42,147 bases of DNA, taken from the NCBI GenBank assembly GCA_001803795.1, contig MHEK01000059.1:1-42147 (forward strand), read 5' to 3'. Of this stretch, positions 40,758 through 42,147 are shown in pieces. The notes under the pieces were generated by a model. The model worked only from the letters and a program-made list of their open reading frames with translations. It did no database searches and was not told where the DNA came from. How positions within the stretch are numbered: position 1 is the first letter of the stretch; every line of letters begins with the position of its first letter. The stretch comes from Nitrospirae bacterium RBG_16_64_22. Its GTDB lineage: Bacteria; Nitrospirota; RBG-16-64-22. A program made the translations under genes and the position numbers.

Positions 40758-42056
40758 CTACAATCGGTCCCGGATCGAAACGTAATCGCGTCGGCGGGGA
40801 CCCACATAGAGCTGGCGCGGACGGCCGATCCGACGGTCTGGCTCGCCCATCATTTCGGTCCACTGGGCAACCCACCCCACCGTCCGCGCCATCGCGAAGA
40901 TGACGGTGAACATGTTGAGCGGAATGCCGATCGACTTGAGAATGATCCCCGAATAGAAGTCGACGTTCGGATAAAGTTTCCTCTCGACAAAGTACGGATC
41001 GTTAAGCGCCACCCGCTCAAGTTCGAGGGCCGTCTCGAACAGGGGAACGTTCTCCGCCCCAATCTCCTTGAGGACCTGGTGGCACATGTCGCGGAGAATT
41101 TGCGCCCGGGGATCGAAGTTCTTGTAGATGCGGTGGCCGAACCCCATGAGCCGGAACGTGTCGTTCTTGTCCTTAGCCCTCCCGATCACCGACGGAATAT
41201 GCTTGGGATCGCCGATCTGGTCGAGCATCCGGATGACCTCTTCGTTCGCCCCGCCATGCGCCGGTCCCCAGAGGGCGCCGATCCCCGCCGAGACGGCCGC
41301 GAACGGGTTCGCCAGCGAGGAGCCCGCCAGGCGGACCGTGGATGTAGAGGCGTTCTGCTCGTGATCGGCGTGGAGAATGAAGATGATGTCCATCGCCCGC
41401 GTCACCGTCGGGCTGATCTCGTACGTCTCGCACGGCGTCGCGAACATCATCCGCAGGAAATTCTCCGTAAGACCGAGCGAGTTGTCCGGATAGATGAAGG
41501 GCTGGCCCATCGAGTACTTGTACGAATCGGCCGCGATCGTCGGCATCTTGGCGATCAGCCGGTGGGCCGAGATCTCCCGGTGGCGGGGGTTATGGATGTC
41601 GAGCGAATCGTGGTAGAAGGAAGATAACGCCCCGACGACACCGACCATGATCGCCATCGGATGCGCGTCGCGCCGGAACCCCTGGTAGAAATCGCGAAGT
41701 CCCTCGTGGACCATCGTGTGATGGAGGATGTTCTTCTTGAACTCCTCCATCCGGGCGGCCGTCGGAAGGTCTCCGTACAGGAGCAGATAACACGTTTCCA
41801 GGTACGAACTCTTCTCCGCGAGCTGTTCGATCGGATAGCCGCGGTAGAGGAGGACCCCCTCGTCCCCGTCGATGAAGGTGATCCGGCTCTCGCACGACGC
41901 CGTCGATTGGAAGCCGGAATCATATGTCAGATATCCCAGGGCGGGATAGAGCTTTCGAATATCGATGACGGACGGGCCGATCGACCCGTCGAGAACGGGG
42001 AGCTCGACCGATTTTCCCGTTGCGTTGTCGGTGATCGTGACGGTCTTGTTCGCCAT
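40758..42056 (-). CDS. gltA: citrate synthase (type II, GltA)
   Basis: 432 aa. [30 protein letters not shown] and [14 protein letters not shown] motifs. Confidence 0.95.
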   Translation of the reverse strand: MANKTVTITDNATGKSVELPVLDGSIGPSVIDIRKLYPALGYLTYDSGFQSTASCESRITFIDGDEGVLLYRGYPIEQLAEKSSYLETCYLLLYGDLPTAARMEEFKKNILHHTMVHEGLRDFYQGFRRDAHPMAIMVGVVGALSSFYHDSLDIHNPRHREISAHRLIAKMPTIAADSYKYSMGQPFIYPDNSLGLTENFLRMMFATPCETYEISPTVTRAMDIIFILHADHEQNASTSTVRLAGSSLANPFAAVSAGIGALWGPAHGGANEEVIRMLDQIGDPKHIPSVIGRAKDKNDTFRLMGFGHRIYKNFDPRAQILRDMCHQVLKEIGAENVPLFETALELERVALNDPYFVERKLYPNVDFYSGIILKSIGIPLNMFTVIFAMARTVGWVAQWTEMMGEPDRRIGRPRQLYVGPRRRDYVSIRDRL

Positions 42057-42126
42057 CGCATCGAATCCTGTTCTGCGGGAGTTTTTCGCATCCGAAACGG
42101 AACCGGCTTGGACTGGGATCAGTCTA

Positions 42127-42147
42127 AGCGTTCAGCGTTCAGCGTTC
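42127..42147. repeat. heptad tandem array (AGCGTTC) x3, truncated by the window edge
   Basis: agcgttc agcgttc agcgttc, upstream of gltA. Confidence 0.8.

Overview
Visibly GC-rich bacterial chromosomal segment. I call 45 protein genes and 1 tRNA; no rRNA, CRISPR array, transposase or integrase is visible. Left to right: a partial CDS, an exported protein, a small DUF6922-like protein, galT, a DUF4124 protein, a Phd/VapC toxin-antitoxin pair, mobA, tatA, and a large GAF-HisK-GAF-HD-GYP sensor. Next come a four-gene envelope/lipid A modification cluster (LAB_N, PAP2 fused to an ICMT-like domain, ArnT-like GT, ArnC-like GT2), a lone CCG-type Fe-S oxidoreductase, a TPR/cNMP-binding protein and a secreted SNase-lamin-tail nuclease. 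The conserved minus-strand operon tRNA-Val / thrS-infC-rpmI-rplT-pheS-pheT follows, with a HEPN/MNT pair inserted between pheS and pheT. After a class IV aminotransferase and deoC lies an ~11 kb, 10-gene chemosensory locus: REC-PATAN, CheY, PstS-like binding protein, CheW, MCP, CheA-REC, CheW, CheW, REC with a low-complexity tail, and a DUF1571/LolA-like protein. The window ends with a small NHLP-like peptide gene, rlmN, NlpC/P60 with a LysM-like membrane protein, scpB, scpA and gltA. The most unusual signal is non-coding. Most intergenic spacers hold short tandem arrays with a strict 7- or 8-nt period, usually starting right at a stop codon. Two single genes are bracketed by inverted copies of such arrays, one pair sharing an exact 23-bp inverted repeat. 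The second candidate system is the Tfp/Pix-like chemosensory locus, which has an embedded orphan periplasmic binding protein and no CheR/CheB. All family assignments come from reading motifs by eye; no searches were run.
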